The position numbers and the translations under genes are program-made. From assembly GCA_910584945.1 (NCBI GenBank), contig CAJUDY010000014.1:9275-73274 (forward strand): a stretch of 64,000 bases of DNA, given 5' to 3'. Source of the DNA: an uncultured Lachnospiraceae bacterium. Its GTDB lineage: Bacteria > Bacillota > Clostridia > Lachnospirales > Lachnospiraceae. The notes under the pieces are model-generated. The model ran no database searches, was not told the origin of the DNA, and worked only from the letters and a program-made list of their open reading frames with translations. Shown here in pieces: positions 40,839 through 51,687 of this stretch (the stretch's first letter is position 1; each line of letters opens with the position of its first letter).

Positions 40839-42245
40839 ATGGAGTGGACAAAGTATCTCCTGTCAATGATTTTTGGCGGGTGTCTGCTGATCTTATTCGG
40901 CAGAAAAGACGGCGGAAAGGATAAGTGGCTGTTCGGGATCGGCTCCGGCGCCTGCCTGATCGCCATGGAACTGACGGTGGAGTATATGCTGGGCGAGGCG
41001 GCATGGAAGATGGCGGTAAGTATGATGAAAGGGACAGCCTTCTTCTCGGCCATTGTTCTGGCCGGTTATATCAGAGAATGGATCTTTGACCGGCCGGGCG
41101 CGGCTGGCAGTTCGGAGATCGCCCACCCGGTCCGTCAGTGGATGGAGGAGTATCAGGAGAGTTTTGCGCAGCTTTCCCGGAGCTTCTGTATGGTGCCTCA
41201 GTTTGCCGACGGGACAAGCAGGGGAGAGAAAATCCTGCAGGACAAGCTGGCGGAGAGTCGGCTGGCGGCGGCCGGGCAGCTTCGGGAGATGAGTCAGATT
41301 CTGGTGGGAACTATGGAGCGGATCTACAGCACGAAAGAAGACGCAGGGCTTGAACAGGAGATCGGCAGACGGCTGCGCCTTCTGGGCGTACAGGTGTACA
41401 AGGTCTTTTTCTACAATCCCCAGGGAAGGAAACGGCAGGCCTACATCACCATGAGCACCAGACGGAAGATCTGCGTGTCTTCCAAAAAGGTGGCGGCGGT
41501 CCTGTCAGAGCTTCTGGAGTGCGAGATGATGCCGGCGAGAGACAGCCGCTCGTTCATCAGCCAAGAGCGGGTGACGGTGCTTTTTGTGGAGGGGGTCGCC
41601 TACAATGTCCTGTATGGCGTTAAAAAGGAAACCAGACAGGATGAGGCGGTGTCCGGTGACAATTTCTCTGTGTTCTGGCTTCCTGAGGGACAGTTTTTCG
41701 CAGGTTTGTCCGACGGCATGGGTTCCGGCGTGCAGGCTTGTGCCCAAAGTGAGCTGGTTCTGGATCTGTTTGAGCAGTTTTTGGGAGCCGGGTTCTCCCG
41801 GGAGACGGCGGTGCGGATGATCAATTCGTCCATTGTCCTCCAGCCGGATGACCTGATTTTTTCCACCATGGACATCGCGTCCATTGATCTGTATACCGGG
41901 GTGTGCGATTTCCTGAAAGTAGGCGCCTGCGCCAGCTTTTTGAGGAAGGAGACCGGGGTGGAGTGTATCCGGGGCGTGGGAATCCCTGCAGGAGTGAGCA
42001 GTCAGATCTCCCTGGAGCCGGTCCGGCTTCGGATGTATGATGGAAATCATCTTTTCCTGATGACGGACGGGGTGCTGGGCGCGCTGCCGGAAGGGCAGGA
42101 GGAAGAGATCATGAAGGAATTGATCTGGAACCTGCCCCAGGGGACGCCGTCGGAGATGGCGGAACGGCTGCTGGAGCAGGTGAAGGCTTACGGACAGGCG
42201 GCGGATGATATGACGGTGCTGGTGGCTGGAATATGGAGGAGGTGA
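40839..42245 (+). CDS. spoIIE: SpoIIE-family PP2C phosphatase (shortened N-terminus)
   Basis: SGDN, LSDGMGSG, MTDGV, DDMTV; located between divIC and tilS. Confidence 0.75.
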   Translation: MEWTKYLLSMIFGGCLLILFGRKDGGKDKWLFGIGSGACLIAMELTVEYMLGEAAWKMAVSMMKGTAFFSAIVLAGYIREWIFDRPGAAGSSEIAHPVRQWMEEYQESFAQLSRSFCMVPQFADGTSRGEKILQDKLAESRLAAAGQLREMSQILVGTMERIYSTKEDAGLEQEIGRRLRLLGVQVYKVFFYNPQGRKRQAYITMSTRRKICVSSKKVAAVLSELLECEMMPARDSRSFISQERVTVLFVEGVAYNVLYGVKKETRQDEAVSGDNFSVFWLPEGQFFAGLSDGMGSGVQACAQSELVLDLFEQFLGAGFSRETAVRMINSSIVLQPDDLIFSTMDIASIDLYTGVCDFLKVGACASFLRKETGVECIRGVGIPAGVSSQISLEPVRLRMYDGNHLFLMTDGVLGALPEGQEEEIMKELIWNLPQGTPSEMAERLLEQVKAYGQAADDMTVLVAGIWRR

Positions 42246-42273
42246 ATGCCCGGCATGGACTTTCATTGGAACC

Positions 42274-42419
42274 GGACGCTCGGCATGGACCGACAATCCT
42301 TTCAGACCCCGCTTGCGCTTAGGGAAGGGACGCAGCGGTACTAAGGCGCGTGAAAGACCGCGCCTAAGGACCGGCGCCCTTCTATGGGTCTTGCAGGATA
42401 ATCGGTCCATACCAGGCTG
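42274..42419 (+). repeat. ~145-nt structured interspersed element, copy 3
   Basis: Same core; closing stem ATGGACCGA/TCGGTCCAT. Confidence 0.85.
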
Positions 42420-42569
42420 ACAACGACGGGCTGACGGTAAGGCATTGACGGGAGTGTGTGGGAATGATCCACACCGGGCTGGTGAAGATATTCGTTGGGG
42501 AGGATTTGCATTTTTTGGAAAGATTGATTATGATAACAAAAGAAAGCTTGGGATAAGGAGTGGCCGGAT

Positions 42570-43949
42570 ATGCAGAAGAGGGTTTATGAGTATATGGAGC
42601 GGTGGAAGATGGTGGAGCCGGGGATGGCGGTTTTGGCGGGGTTTTCAGGAGGGGCGGATTCTACGGCGCTTTTGGAGCTTTTGTGGGAGTATGGGAAGGA
42701 GCATGGAGTCCGGGTGAGGGCGCTGCATGTGAATCATGGGATTCGGGGGGCGGAGGCCTGGAGAGATCAGGAGTATTGCAGGGAGTTCTGCGGGGAGAGG
42801 GGGATTCCTTTTTCGGCGGTGGAGAGGGATGTGCCGGGATATGCGAAGAGGGAGGGAATCAGTCTGGAGGAAGCGGGGAGGAAGGCGCGGTATGAGATTT
42901 TTGAGCGGGAGGTTCTGGAGGGAAGGGCGGACCGGGTGGCTCTGGCTCATCATCAGAACGACCAGGCGGAGACGATGCTGTTTCATCTGATACGGGGAAC
43001 CGGCCTTCGGGGACTGCGGGGGATGGAACCGGTCCGGGGGTCCTATATCCGTCCGCTGCTTGGCGTGTCCAGGGAGGAGATTGAGGGCTGGCTTATAAAG
43101 CGGGGAATCTGCTGGATGGAAGATTCCACCAATGAAGAGCTTGTGTATATGAGGAACCGGCTTCGGTATCAGGTGGTTTCCCGAATGGAGGAGATCCGGC
43201 CCGGGAGCGTTCGGCGCATGGCCGGAACGGCGGAGCGTCTGCTGGAACTCCAGGATTATTTGGACGGGGAAGTGGAGGAACTGCAAAGAAAGGGCGTCCG
43301 CAGGAGAGAGGATGGCCTGGCGGTGGCTCTGGATCCGCTTAAGACGCTGCATCCGGCCATGAAGAAGCTTCTGCTCCACGGCTGTCTGGAGGAGCTGATG
43401 CCGGAAGGCAGCGTCAGGGCGCTTCATGTGGAGCAGATCTTAAGGCTTTTGGAGGGGGGGAGGGGAAGCCGACTGACTCTTCCGGGGAACTGTTTTGCGG
43501 TGCTGGATTATGAGGAGCTGCTTTTGAAAAAGGGATATGGAACGCAGAAACAGGAAGAAGAGGTATATTGCGCGCCGGATGGAGAATACCATTATATGGG
43601 GGCAACTTTTCGGCTGACCCTGGAAAATCGGAAGAAAATTGGGGAAATTCCTGTAAATCGCTATACGAAGTGGTTTGATTATGATAAAATAAAAGATAAC
43701 GTTGTTCTGCGTACCAGGCGTCCGGGGGACTATCTGGAGCTTGCCGGAGGCGGGCATAAGAAGCTCAAAGACTATCTGATCGACTGCAAAGTTCCCAGGG
43801 AAGAGCGGGACCGCTGTATCCTGCTGGCGGACGGAAGCCACATTCTGTGGGTCACAGGCATGCGGATCAGCGAACGGTATAAGGTTACGGAGCAGACGAA
43901 GAGAGTATTGAAAGTACAGATGGAACATCCGGGTGTTTCGGGTACTTGA
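42570..43949 (+). CDS. tilS: tRNA(Ile)-lysidine synthetase
   Basis: SGGADS PP-loop, AHHQNDQAET, RPLL. Confidence 0.95.
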   Translation: MQKRVYEYMERWKMVEPGMAVLAGFSGGADSTALLELLWEYGKEHGVRVRALHVNHGIRGAEAWRDQEYCREFCGERGIPFSAVERDVPGYAKREGISLEEAGRKARYEIFEREVLEGRADRVALAHHQNDQAETMLFHLIRGTGLRGLRGMEPVRGSYIRPLLGVSREEIEGWLIKRGICWMEDSTNEELVYMRNRLRYQVVSRMEEIRPGSVRRMAGTAERLLELQDYLDGEVEELQRKGVRRREDGLAVALDPLKTLHPAMKKLLLHGCLEELMPEGSVRALHVEQILRLLEGGRGSRLTLPGNCFAVLDYEELLLKKGYGTQKQEEEVYCAPDGEYHYMGATFRLTLENRKKIGEIPVNRYTKWFDYDKIKDNVVLRTRRPGDYLELAGGGHKKLKDYLIDCKVPREERDRCILLADGSHILWVTGMRISERYKVTEQTKRVLKVQMEHPGVSGT

Positions 43950-43965
43950 CAAGGAGGTACGAAAG

Positions 43966-44493
43966 ATGGAGAGACATCATATTGATGTCATGCTTGATGA
44001 GGAGACTGTGGATCGAAGGATTCGGGAACTGGGAGAAGAGATCAGCCGGGATTATGAAGGAAAGACGGTCTATCTGATCTGTATTTTAAAGGGAAGCGTA
44101 TATTTTACCTGTGAACTGGCAAAAAGAATAACGGTACCGGTAGTGATGGATTTCATGCAGTGTTCCAGCTACGGCGCTGCCACCAAGTCCAGCGGCGTGG
44201 TAAAGCTTTCCAAGGACCTGGACATGGCGATTACCGATCAGGATGTGATTATTATTGAAGACATTATCGATTCCGGCAGGACTTTAAGCCATTTAAAGAA
44301 CCTGCTGGAACAGAGAAAGCCGGCCAGCCTTCGGATCTGTACGCTGTTAGATAAGCCGGAGAGACGGGTGTCAGATGTGGATGTGGATTACGTCGGATTT
44401 CAGATTGAGGATAAATTTGTAGTAGGATACGGCCTGGATTATGACCAGCAGTATCGGAACCTGCCATACATTGGTGTGGTGGAATTTGATTAA
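43966..44493 (+). CDS. hpt: Hypoxanthine phosphoribosyltransferase
   Basis: IIEDIIDSGRTL, FVVGYGLDY. Confidence 0.95.
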   Translation: MERHHIDVMLDEETVDRRIRELGEEISRDYEGKTVYLICILKGSVYFTCELAKRITVPVVMDFMQCSSYGAATKSSGVVKLSKDLDMAITDQDVIIIEDIIDSGRTLSHLKNLLEQRKPASLRICTLLDKPERRVSDVDVDYVGFQIEDKFVVGYGLDYDQQYRNLPYIGVVEFD

Positions 44494-44510
44494 CAGGAGG
44501 ATAAGATATT

Positions 44511-46325
44511 TTGAACAGACAATGGAAGGGCCTGAGCACCTACGTGGTGTTTCTTGTGCTGATCTGCCTGGTGCTGGTATTCTTTGAGGGACGGCTTCAG
44601 GACCGTCCGGGCTACACCCGTCAGCAGTTTGAAAAGATGCTGGAGGAGGGTGAGATCACCAGTGCCAGTATCCAGCCCAATAAGGAGACGCCTACCGGGA
44701 CGGTGGAGTATTACCTGGCGGACGGAACGATGGGCAGAACCCAGGTGCTGGATACGAAAGAAGCGGAGACGGCGCTTCTTAAGGCAGGGGTGCTTTATGA
44801 AATCCTGGAGATGAGGCAGCCGGGATTTTTCGAAACTTATGGAATGTCGCTGATCTTGTGCGGACTGATGATCTTTTTTATTGTGATGACCATGGGCCGC
44901 GGCAACGGCGGGGGCAATGCCAAGATGATGGATTTTGGCAAGAGTCATGCCCAGATGATCGGCAGCGGAGAGAAAACCACCGGGTTTAAAGACGTGGCAG
45001 GACTGGAAGAGGAAAAAGGCGAGCTGGAGGAGATTGTGGATTTCCTGCGCAATCCGGGCAGGTACACAAAGGTCGGAGCCAGGATTCCCAAAGGAGTACT
45101 TCTGGTGGGACCTCCCGGAACCGGTAAGACACTGATCGCCAAGGCAGTGGCAGGAGAGGCGGGCGTTCCGTTTTTCAGTATCTCCGGTTCTGATTTTGTG
45201 GAGATGTTCGTTGGCGTAGGCGCGTCCCGGGTGCGGGATCTGTTCGCTAATGCCAAGAGGAATGCGCCCTGCATCGTATTCATCGACGAGATCGACGCGG
45301 TGGCGAGACGCCGGGGAACCGGTATGGGCGGCGGTCACGACGAGCGGGAACAGACGCTGAATCAGCTCCTGGTGGAGATGGATGGCTTTGGTATCAACGA
45401 AGGGATCATCGTTATGGCGGCCACAAACCGGGTGGATATCCTGGACCCGGCCATCATGCGTCCGGGGCGTTTTGACCGGAAGATCGGCGTGGGAAGGCCG
45501 GACATCAAAGGCAGAGAGGAAATCCTGAAGGTTCATGCAAGGAACAAGCCTCTGGGGGATGATGTGGACCTGCATCAGATCGCCCAGACCACGGCGGGAT
45601 TCACCGGCGCGGATCTGGAGAACCTTCTGAATGAGTCCGCGATCCTGGCGGCCAAGGACAACCGGGCTTACATGGTACAGGAGGATATCCGCAAAGCATT
45701 TATCAAGGTTGGTATCGGGGCGGAGAAGAGAAGCCGTGTGATCTCCGAAAAGGAGAAGCGGATCACGGCCTACCACGAGGCCGGACATGCGATCCTGTTC
45801 CATCTGCTCCCGGATGTGGGACCGGTCTATACGGTCTCCATCATTCCCACCGGAATCGGTGCGGCGGGTTATACCATGCCTCTGCCGGAGCGGGACGAGA
45901 TGTACAACACAAAGGGAAGGATGCTGCAGGACATCGTGGTGGACTTGGGAGGCAGAGTGGCGGAGGAGCTGATCTTTGGCGACGTCTCCACCGGAGCCTC
46001 CCAGGATATTAAGCAGGCGACCTCCACCGCCCGCTCCATGGTAACCCGGTACGGCATGTCCGAGAAACTGGGACTGATTCACTATGGAGATGACAGTGAA
46101 GAGGTTTTCATCGGCAGAGATCTGGCCCATGCCAGAAGCTATGGGGAGGCCATTGCCGGTGAGATCGATGCAGAAGTGAAGCGGATTGTGGACGAGTGTT
46201 ATCAGAAAGCAAAGAAGATGATCGAAGAGCACCGGGAGGTACTGGAAGCCTGCGCGAAGCTGCTTCTGGAAAAGGAAAAGATCGGCCGGGAGGAATTCGA
46301 GGCATTATTTGTGCAAAGTAGCTAA
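44511..46325 (+). CDS. ftsH: ATP-dependent zinc metalloprotease FtsH
   Basis: [26 protein letters not shown]. Confidence 0.97.
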   Translation: MNRQWKGLSTYVVFLVLICLVLVFFEGRLQDRPGYTRQQFEKMLEEGEITSASIQPNKETPTGTVEYYLADGTMGRTQVLDTKEAETALLKAGVLYEILEMRQPGFFETYGMSLILCGLMIFFIVMTMGRGNGGGNAKMMDFGKSHAQMIGSGEKTTGFKDVAGLEEEKGELEEIVDFLRNPGRYTKVGARIPKGVLLVGPPGTGKTLIAKAVAGEAGVPFFSISGSDFVEMFVGVGASRVRDLFANAKRNAPCIVFIDEIDAVARRRGTGMGGGHDEREQTLNQLLVEMDGFGINEGIIVMAATNRVDILDPAIMRPGRFDRKIGVGRPDIKGREEILKVHARNKPLGDDVDLHQIAQTTAGFTGADLENLLNESAILAAKDNRAYMVQEDIRKAFIKVGIGAEKRSRVISEKEKRITAYHEAGHAILFHLLPDVGPVYTVSIIPTGIGAAGYTMPLPERDEMYNTKGRMLQDIVVDLGGRVAEELIFGDVSTGASQDIKQATSTARSMVTRYGMSEKLGLIHYGDDSEEVFIGRDLAHARSYGEAIAGEIDAEVKRIVDECYQKAKKMIEEHREVLEACAKLLLEKEKIGREEFEALFVQSS

Positions 46326-46391
46326 AAAAGAGATGCGATTTTTGTGAAGTTTGTGCACACTTCTTTGGGGAGATGTGGTACTATAATACTC

Positions 46392-46491
46392 GTAAAACCC
46401 CCAATACATTATATAGTTTTTGCTACACCCCATAAGAAACAAGAAATACCTTCTCCTAAAAAAGACAGCAACAACCCCCGCTGTCTTTTTT
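46392..46491 (+). ncRNA. Candidate ~100-nt small RNA with C-rich tracts
   Basis: TATAAT at 46382-46387; terminator AAAAAAGACAGC/GCTGTCTTTTTT at 46458-46491; no convincing ORF. Confidence 0.4.
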
Positions 46492-46580
46492 ACTGCCCTT
46501 TTTTAGTAATTTTATGGAAAAAAGCTTGTGCTGATGAAATATCTGTTATATGATATTCAGACAACAGCATTTTTGAAGGG

Positions 46581-48686
46581 ATGGAATGCATGGAGTTAAA
46601 TGAAATGACACAGAAAGACCGTACACGGCAGTATGCGATGAACATGAGGCCGGTATTAAATCGGGCTGCATTGTTCAGCGACGAAAGTGCCAACTACCGT
46701 ACTCCATTTGAACCGGAGGTCGGAGACCGGGTGACGATCAAATTCCGCACCTGGATGGATAATGTGGATCAGGTATATGTGATCTGCAAAAGCCAGAGAA
46801 TACGGATGGAGAAAGCATATACAGAAGGCGATTTTGATTACTATACGTATACGACGGAGCCTTTGACGGAGACGGTTCATTACTTTTTTGAGATACAGAC
46901 GGGGAATCAGAGATGTTTTTACAACAGCCTGGGTGTAACGAACAACCTTCAGGAATACAATTCTTTCGGCATCGTGCCGGGATTCAAGACGCCGGACTGG
47001 GCAAAAGGCGCGATTATGTATCAGATCTATACGGATCGCTTCTGCAACGGAGATCACACCAACGATGTGGAGGACCGGGAGTACATCTATATCAATGAAG
47101 GTGTTCGCCGGGTAAGGGACTGGAACCGTCTCCCGCAGCCTATGGATGTGAGGGATTTTTACGGCGGCGATATCAAAGGGATCTGGAATAAGCTGGATTA
47201 TCTGCAGGAGCTGGGTGTGGAGGTTCTGTATTTGAATCCCATCTTCGTATCCCCCTCCAATCATAAATATGACAGTCAGGATTACGACCATGTGGACCCC
47301 CATTACGGGGTGATCGTGGAAGACGGCGGAGAATGTCTGCCGGAGTGGGACGAGGACAATTCCCATGCCAGTAAGTACATTCAGCGGGTGGTGAACAAGA
47401 AGAACCTGGAGGCCAGCGATGAGTTCTTCGCAAAATTCGTGGAGGAAGTTCACCGAAGAGGCATGAGAATCATCCTGGACGGAGTGTTCAATCACTGCGG
47501 CTCTTTTAATAAATGGCTGGACCGGGAACGGCTGTATGAGAACACGGAGGGCTACCAGAAGGGTGCGTATGTCTCTCCGGACAGCCCCTATCGGGAATTT
47601 TTTAAGTTTAACTATGAGCATGGCTGGCCCTACAATGAGTTCTATGACGGCTGGTGGGGGCACAATACCCTGCCCAAGCTCTGTTACGAGCAGTCCAAGG
47701 AACTGGAAGATTATATTCTGGGTGTGGCGAGGAAGTGGCTGAAACCGCCGTACAATGTGGACGGATGGCGCCTGGACGTGGCGGCGGACCTGGGCTTTTC
47801 CGAGGAGTATAACCACGAATTCTGGCGCAAATTCCGCAGGGCGGTCAAGGAGACGAATCCGGATGCGCTGATTCTGGCGGAGCACTATGGCAACGCCCAT
47901 GCCTGGCTGCAGGGAGATCAGTGGGATACCCTCATGAACTACGACGCTTTTATGGAGCCGGTGACCTGGTTCCTGACCGGCATGGAGAAGCACAGCGACG
48001 AGTACCGGGAAGATATGTACGGCAACGCCCAGGCGTTCAAGGACGCCATGATGCACCATATGGCGAACTTTTACGCGCCGTCACTGCAGACGGCCATGAA
48101 TGAACTGTCCAACCACGATCATTCCCGGTTTTTGACCAGGACGAATCACCGGGTGGGCCGGGTGCATGATCTTGGCTCCGACGCAGCCTCGGAAGGGGTG
48201 AGCAAAGGAGTATTCCGGGAGGCCATTGTGATCCAGATGACCTGGGTGGGCGCGCCCACGCTTTACTATGGAGACGAGGCGGGGGTCTGCGGATTCACGG
48301 ACCCGGATAACCGGAGAACCTATCCCTGGGGGGAAGAGGACCACAGCTTGATTTCTTTCTATAAGGAAGCAATTTGTATTCATAAGGAAAATCCGGTGCT
48401 GACCCACGGCTCCACCCGTTTTCTGGCTTTGGACTATCAGTTCTTAAGCTACGGAAGGTTCAGCGAGCAGGAACAGATCATCGTGGTAATCAACAATGAT
48501 AAAGAGGAAAAAGAGATCAATATACCTGTATGGGAAGCAGGGGTTCCAAGGGAGGCTTCTTTAGAACGGCTGATGCTGACGCTGGAGAATGGCTTCAGCC
48601 TGGGGAAAGAATATTATGAGGTGAAGAAAGGCATTCTCTATCTGAAGGTTCCGCCGATCTGTTCCATGATTTTAAGAAGAATTTAG
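46581..48686 (+). CDS. GH13 alpha-glycosidase (neopullulanase/cyclomaltodextrinase-like)
   Basis: LDGVFNH, DGWRLDVA, AEHY, NHD conserved regions. Confidence 0.92.
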   Translation: MECMELNEMTQKDRTRQYAMNMRPVLNRAALFSDESANYRTPFEPEVGDRVTIKFRTWMDNVDQVYVICKSQRIRMEKAYTEGDFDYYTYTTEPLTETVHYFFEIQTGNQRCFYNSLGVTNNLQEYNSFGIVPGFKTPDWAKGAIMYQIYTDRFCNGDHTNDVEDREYIYINEGVRRVRDWNRLPQPMDVRDFYGGDIKGIWNKLDYLQELGVEVLYLNPIFVSPSNHKYDSQDYDHVDPHYGVIVEDGGECLPEWDEDNSHASKYIQRVVNKKNLEASDEFFAKFVEEVHRRGMRIILDGVFNHCGSFNKWLDRERLYENTEGYQKGAYVSPDSPYREFFKFNYEHGWPYNEFYDGWWGHNTLPKLCYEQSKELEDYILGVARKWLKPPYNVDGWRLDVAADLGFSEEYNHEFWRKFRRAVKETNPDALILAEHYGNAHAWLQGDQWDTLMNYDAFMEPVTWFLTGMEKHSDEYREDMYGNAQAFKDAMMHHMANFYAPSLQTAMNELSNHDHSRFLTRTNHRVGRVHDLGSDAASEGVSKGVFREAIVIQMTWVGAPTLYYGDEAGVCGFTDPDNRRTYPWGEEDHSLISFYKEAICIHKENPVLTHGSTRFLALDYQFLSYGRFSEQEQIIVVINNDKEEKEINIPVWEAGVPREASLERLMLTLENGFSLGKEYYEVKKGILYLKVPPICSMILRRI

Positions 48687-48713
48687 GTAACTGTGAAGGT
48701 ACTGAACAGTTAC
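48687..48713. repeat. REP-like palindrome, copy 3
   Basis: GTAACTGTGAAGGTACTGAACAGTTAC directly after the GH13 stop codon. Confidence 0.7.
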
Positions 48714-48745
48714 GAATTTAGGATGTATTTACAGGATACAAAGCA

Positions 48746-49459
48746 ATGAAAAAGCAGGAAATACAACAAGGATTCAGAGATGGGGCGCCGATTGCTCTGG
48801 GGTATTTTTCCGTAAGCTTCAGCTTCGGGATTATGGCCGCGGGCGGGGGGCTCTCCGTCTTTCAGGCTGCGCTTACCAGCCTGACCAATATGACCAGCGC
48901 CGGACAGTTTGCCGGACTTCAGATTATGGCGGCGGGCGGTGCCCTTCTGGAACTGGCGGCCACCCAGCTGATCATCAACTTGCGTTACGCGCTGATGAGT
49001 CTCTCCCTCTCCCAGAAGCTTTCCGGGGAGGTGACTATGTGGCAGCGGTTTGTGATTGCCTTTGCCAATACGGATGAGATTTTCGCCGTCGCCATGTCCC
49101 ATAACAGGGAATTGACCTTTTCTTATCTGGTGGGTTTACAGGTTCTTCCCATCCTGGGGTGGACCGGCGGCACGGCCTGCGGAGCGGCAGCAGGCAGTCT
49201 GCTTCCGGCTTCCGTGAACAGCGCGCTGAATGTGGCTCTTTATGGCATGTTCATCGCCGTGGTGATCCCGGCGGCGAAAAAAGCAAGACCGGTGCTGGCA
49301 GCGGTCATTCTGTCCGCGCTGCTGAGCGGTCTTCTCTATTATCTTCCGGTATGTTCGGGAATCTCGGCGGGGACGTCCATCATCCTCTGTACGCTGGCGG
49401 CCTCCGGGGTGGGGGCGGTTCTGTTCCCGGTGACAGGAGAGAAGGATAAGGGGGAATAG
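48746..49459 (+). CDS. azlC: AzlC family branched-chain amino acid permease
   Basis: SAGQFA, INLRY, TDEIFAV. Confidence 0.88.
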   Translation: MKKQEIQQGFRDGAPIALGYFSVSFSFGIMAAGGGLSVFQAALTSLTNMTSAGQFAGLQIMAAGGALLELAATQLIINLRYALMSLSLSQKLSGEVTMWQRFVIAFANTDEIFAVAMSHNRELTFSYLVGLQVLPILGWTGGTACGAAAGSLLPASVNSALNVALYGMFIAVVIPAAKKARPVLAAVILSALLSGLLYYLPVCSGISAGTSIILCTLAASGVGAVLFPVTGEKDKGE

Positions 49460-49463
49460 ATAG

Positions 49464-49763
49464 ATGAATATCTGGCTCTGTATCGCGGTCATGGCCCTGG
49501 TGACTTATCTGATCCGGGCAGTACCGCTGACGGTTTTTCACAGAAAGATCGAGAACCGCTATGTAAAGTCCTTTTTATATTATGTGCCCTATACCTGCCT
49601 GACAGCTATGACGTTTCCGGCGATTCTCTACGCGACGGAGAGCATGGTCAGCGCTTTTGCCGGGGTGGCTGCCGCGGTGCTTCTGGCGTTCTGGAACAAA
49701 AGCCTTGTGACCGTGGCCGCTGCCGCGTGTCTGGCGGTGTTTGTCACAGAACTTTTCCTGTAA
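49464..49763 (+). CDS. azlD: AzlD domain protein
   Basis: VTYLIRAVP, FLYYVP; follows azlC. Confidence 0.85.
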   Translation: MNIWLCIAVMALVTYLIRAVPLTVFHRKIENRYVKSFLYYVPYTCLTAMTFPAILYATESMVSAFAGVAAAVLLAFWNKSLVTVAAAACLAVFVTELFL

Positions 49764-49958
49764 AGGCGATCAGAGGAGCGGCGGTACATTTGCAGGGCGC
49801 CTCTGGTGAAGATGTACGGTTTTTGCCGGAAAAGTTCGGAAGAATGGTGAAAATTCTATAAAAAGCTTTTGAAATCCCTCTTTGCCTATGATATCATGAT
49901 AACAGAAGTAACGAAGCATGCGCTGTCTTCAAAGACAGGAAACAGGAGGGTGATAACA

Positions 49959-51557
49959 ATGATGAGCGATGTAAAAAACACGATTGCAAGCGGAAAGGCC
50001 GTGCTCGGTATTGAGTTTGGTTCTACAAGGATCAAGGCGGTCCTGGTGGATGAGAATAATACGCCGATCGCATCCGGTGCCCATGACTGGGAGAATCGTC
50101 TGGAGAACGGAATCTGGACCTACACACTGGAGGATATCTGGACCGGACTTCAGGACTGCTATCGGAAAATGACGGAGGACGTGAAGAAGCAGTACGGCGT
50201 GGCTGTGGAGAAGCTTGCCGCCATTGGCTTCAGCGCGATGATGCACGGATATCTGGCGTTTGATAAAGAGGGAGAGCTTCTGGTACCCTTCCGCACCTGG
50301 AGAAATACCATTACCCAGGAGGCTTCTGAGGCTTTGACCGAGGCTTTTCAGTTCCATATTCCCCAGAGATGGAGCATTGCTCATCTGTACCAGGCGATTT
50401 TGAACGGGGAAGAGCATGTGCCGGGCGTGGACTTTATCACGACGCTGGACGGCTATATCCACTGGCAGCTGACCGGTGAGAAAGTGCTGGGTGTGGGAAG
50501 CGCATCCGGGATGTTCCCCATTGATTCCGATACAAAGAATTATTATGCTTCCATGATTCAGAAGTTTGACGAACTGGTGGCGCCCAAGGGCTTCCCCTGG
50601 AAAGTGGAGGATCTGCTTCCGAAGGTGCTGGTGGCAGGAGACGCGGCGGGCATCTTGAGCGAGGAGGGCGCAAAGCGTCTTGATCCCACAGGAACGCTTC
50701 AGGCAGGCTGCCCGCTCTGCCCGCCGGAAGGAGACGCAGGGACCGGTATGGCGGCGACCAACAGCGTGGGACAGCGCACCGGCAATGTGTCCGCGGGCAC
50801 GTCGGTATTCGCGATGATCGTTCTGGAGAAAGCGCTAAAGAAGGTCCATGAAGAGATCGATATGGTGACCACTCCCAGCGGAGACGCGGTGGCGATGGTG
50901 CACTGCAACAACTGTACGTCGGATCTGAACGCGTGGGTGAATATTTTTAAAGAGTTCGCGGAGAGCTTCGGTATGGAAGTGGATATGGACAAACTCTTCG
51001 GTACCCTTTACGGGAAAGCGCTGGAGGGAGACAAAGACTGCGGCGGTCTGCTGGCTTACAACTATTTCTCCGGCGAACATATTACAGGCTTTGAGGAAGG
51101 CCGTCCGCTCTTTGTGCGAACTCCGGACAGCAAGTTTAATCTGGCGAACTTTATGAGGACGAACCTGTACACGGCTCTTGGAGCCCTGAAGGTAGGTCTG
51201 GATATCCTGATGAAGGAGGAGCAGGTTGCGGTTGACCGGATCACCGGCCACGGCGGACTGTTTAAGACCAAAGGCGTGGGCCAGAGCATCCTGGCGGGAG
51301 CGATGGACGCGACCGTGTCCGTCATGAAGACCGCCGGAGAGGGCGGCGCATGGGGCATCGCGCTGCTGGCTTCCTATATGGTCCAGAAAGAAGCAGGAGA
51401 GACGCTGGAAGATTATCTGCAGAACAAAGTCTTCGGCGGAGACGAGGGAGAGAAGATGGACCCGAATCCGGAAGACGTCAAAGGTTTTGACGAGTTCATC
51501 AGCCGTTATCGGGCAGGATATCCCATCGAGCGCGCAGCGGTGGACAGCCTCAGATAA
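49959..51557 (+). CDS. FGGY family pentulose kinase (ribulokinase/xylulokinase-like)
   Basis: [25 protein letters not shown]. Confidence 0.88.
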   Translation: MMSDVKNTIASGKAVLGIEFGSTRIKAVLVDENNTPIASGAHDWENRLENGIWTYTLEDIWTGLQDCYRKMTEDVKKQYGVAVEKLAAIGFSAMMHGYLAFDKEGELLVPFRTWRNTITQEASEALTEAFQFHIPQRWSIAHLYQAILNGEEHVPGVDFITTLDGYIHWQLTGEKVLGVGSASGMFPIDSDTKNYYASMIQKFDELVAPKGFPWKVEDLLPKVLVAGDAAGILSEEGAKRLDPTGTLQAGCPLCPPEGDAGTGMAATNSVGQRTGNVSAGTSVFAMIVLEKALKKVHEEIDMVTTPSGDAVAMVHCNNCTSDLNAWVNIFKEFAESFGMEVDMDKLFGTLYGKALEGDKDCGGLLAYNYFSGEHITGFEEGRPLFVRTPDSKFNLANFMRTNLYTALGALKVGLDILMKEEQVAVDRITGHGGLFKTKGVGQSILAGAMDATVSVMKTAGEGGAWGIALLASYMVQKEAGETLEDYLQNKVFGGDEGEKMDPNPEDVKGFDEFISRYRAGYPIERAAVDSLR

Positions 51558-51687
51558 AGAAAGACAAAAGATGCGGTTTCCGGAGGGAAGAATGCCGGAA
51601 GCCGCTTTTTTCGGGATCAGCCGGTATCAGGCAAAGGAATCCGGGGCATACTAATAAGAGAATGACAGACAGGCGGGGGGAGATCCG

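Noticed and set aside
2274..42274. Element copies 1 and 3 lie exactly 40000 bp apart
   Set aside because: Numerical coincidence; the copies are diverged and have different flanks
44490..46232. Long antisense ORFs (also 14798-16033, 25394-26815, 46656-48059, 53721-55334)
   Set aside because: Shadows of well-supported + strand genes; no recognisable motifs
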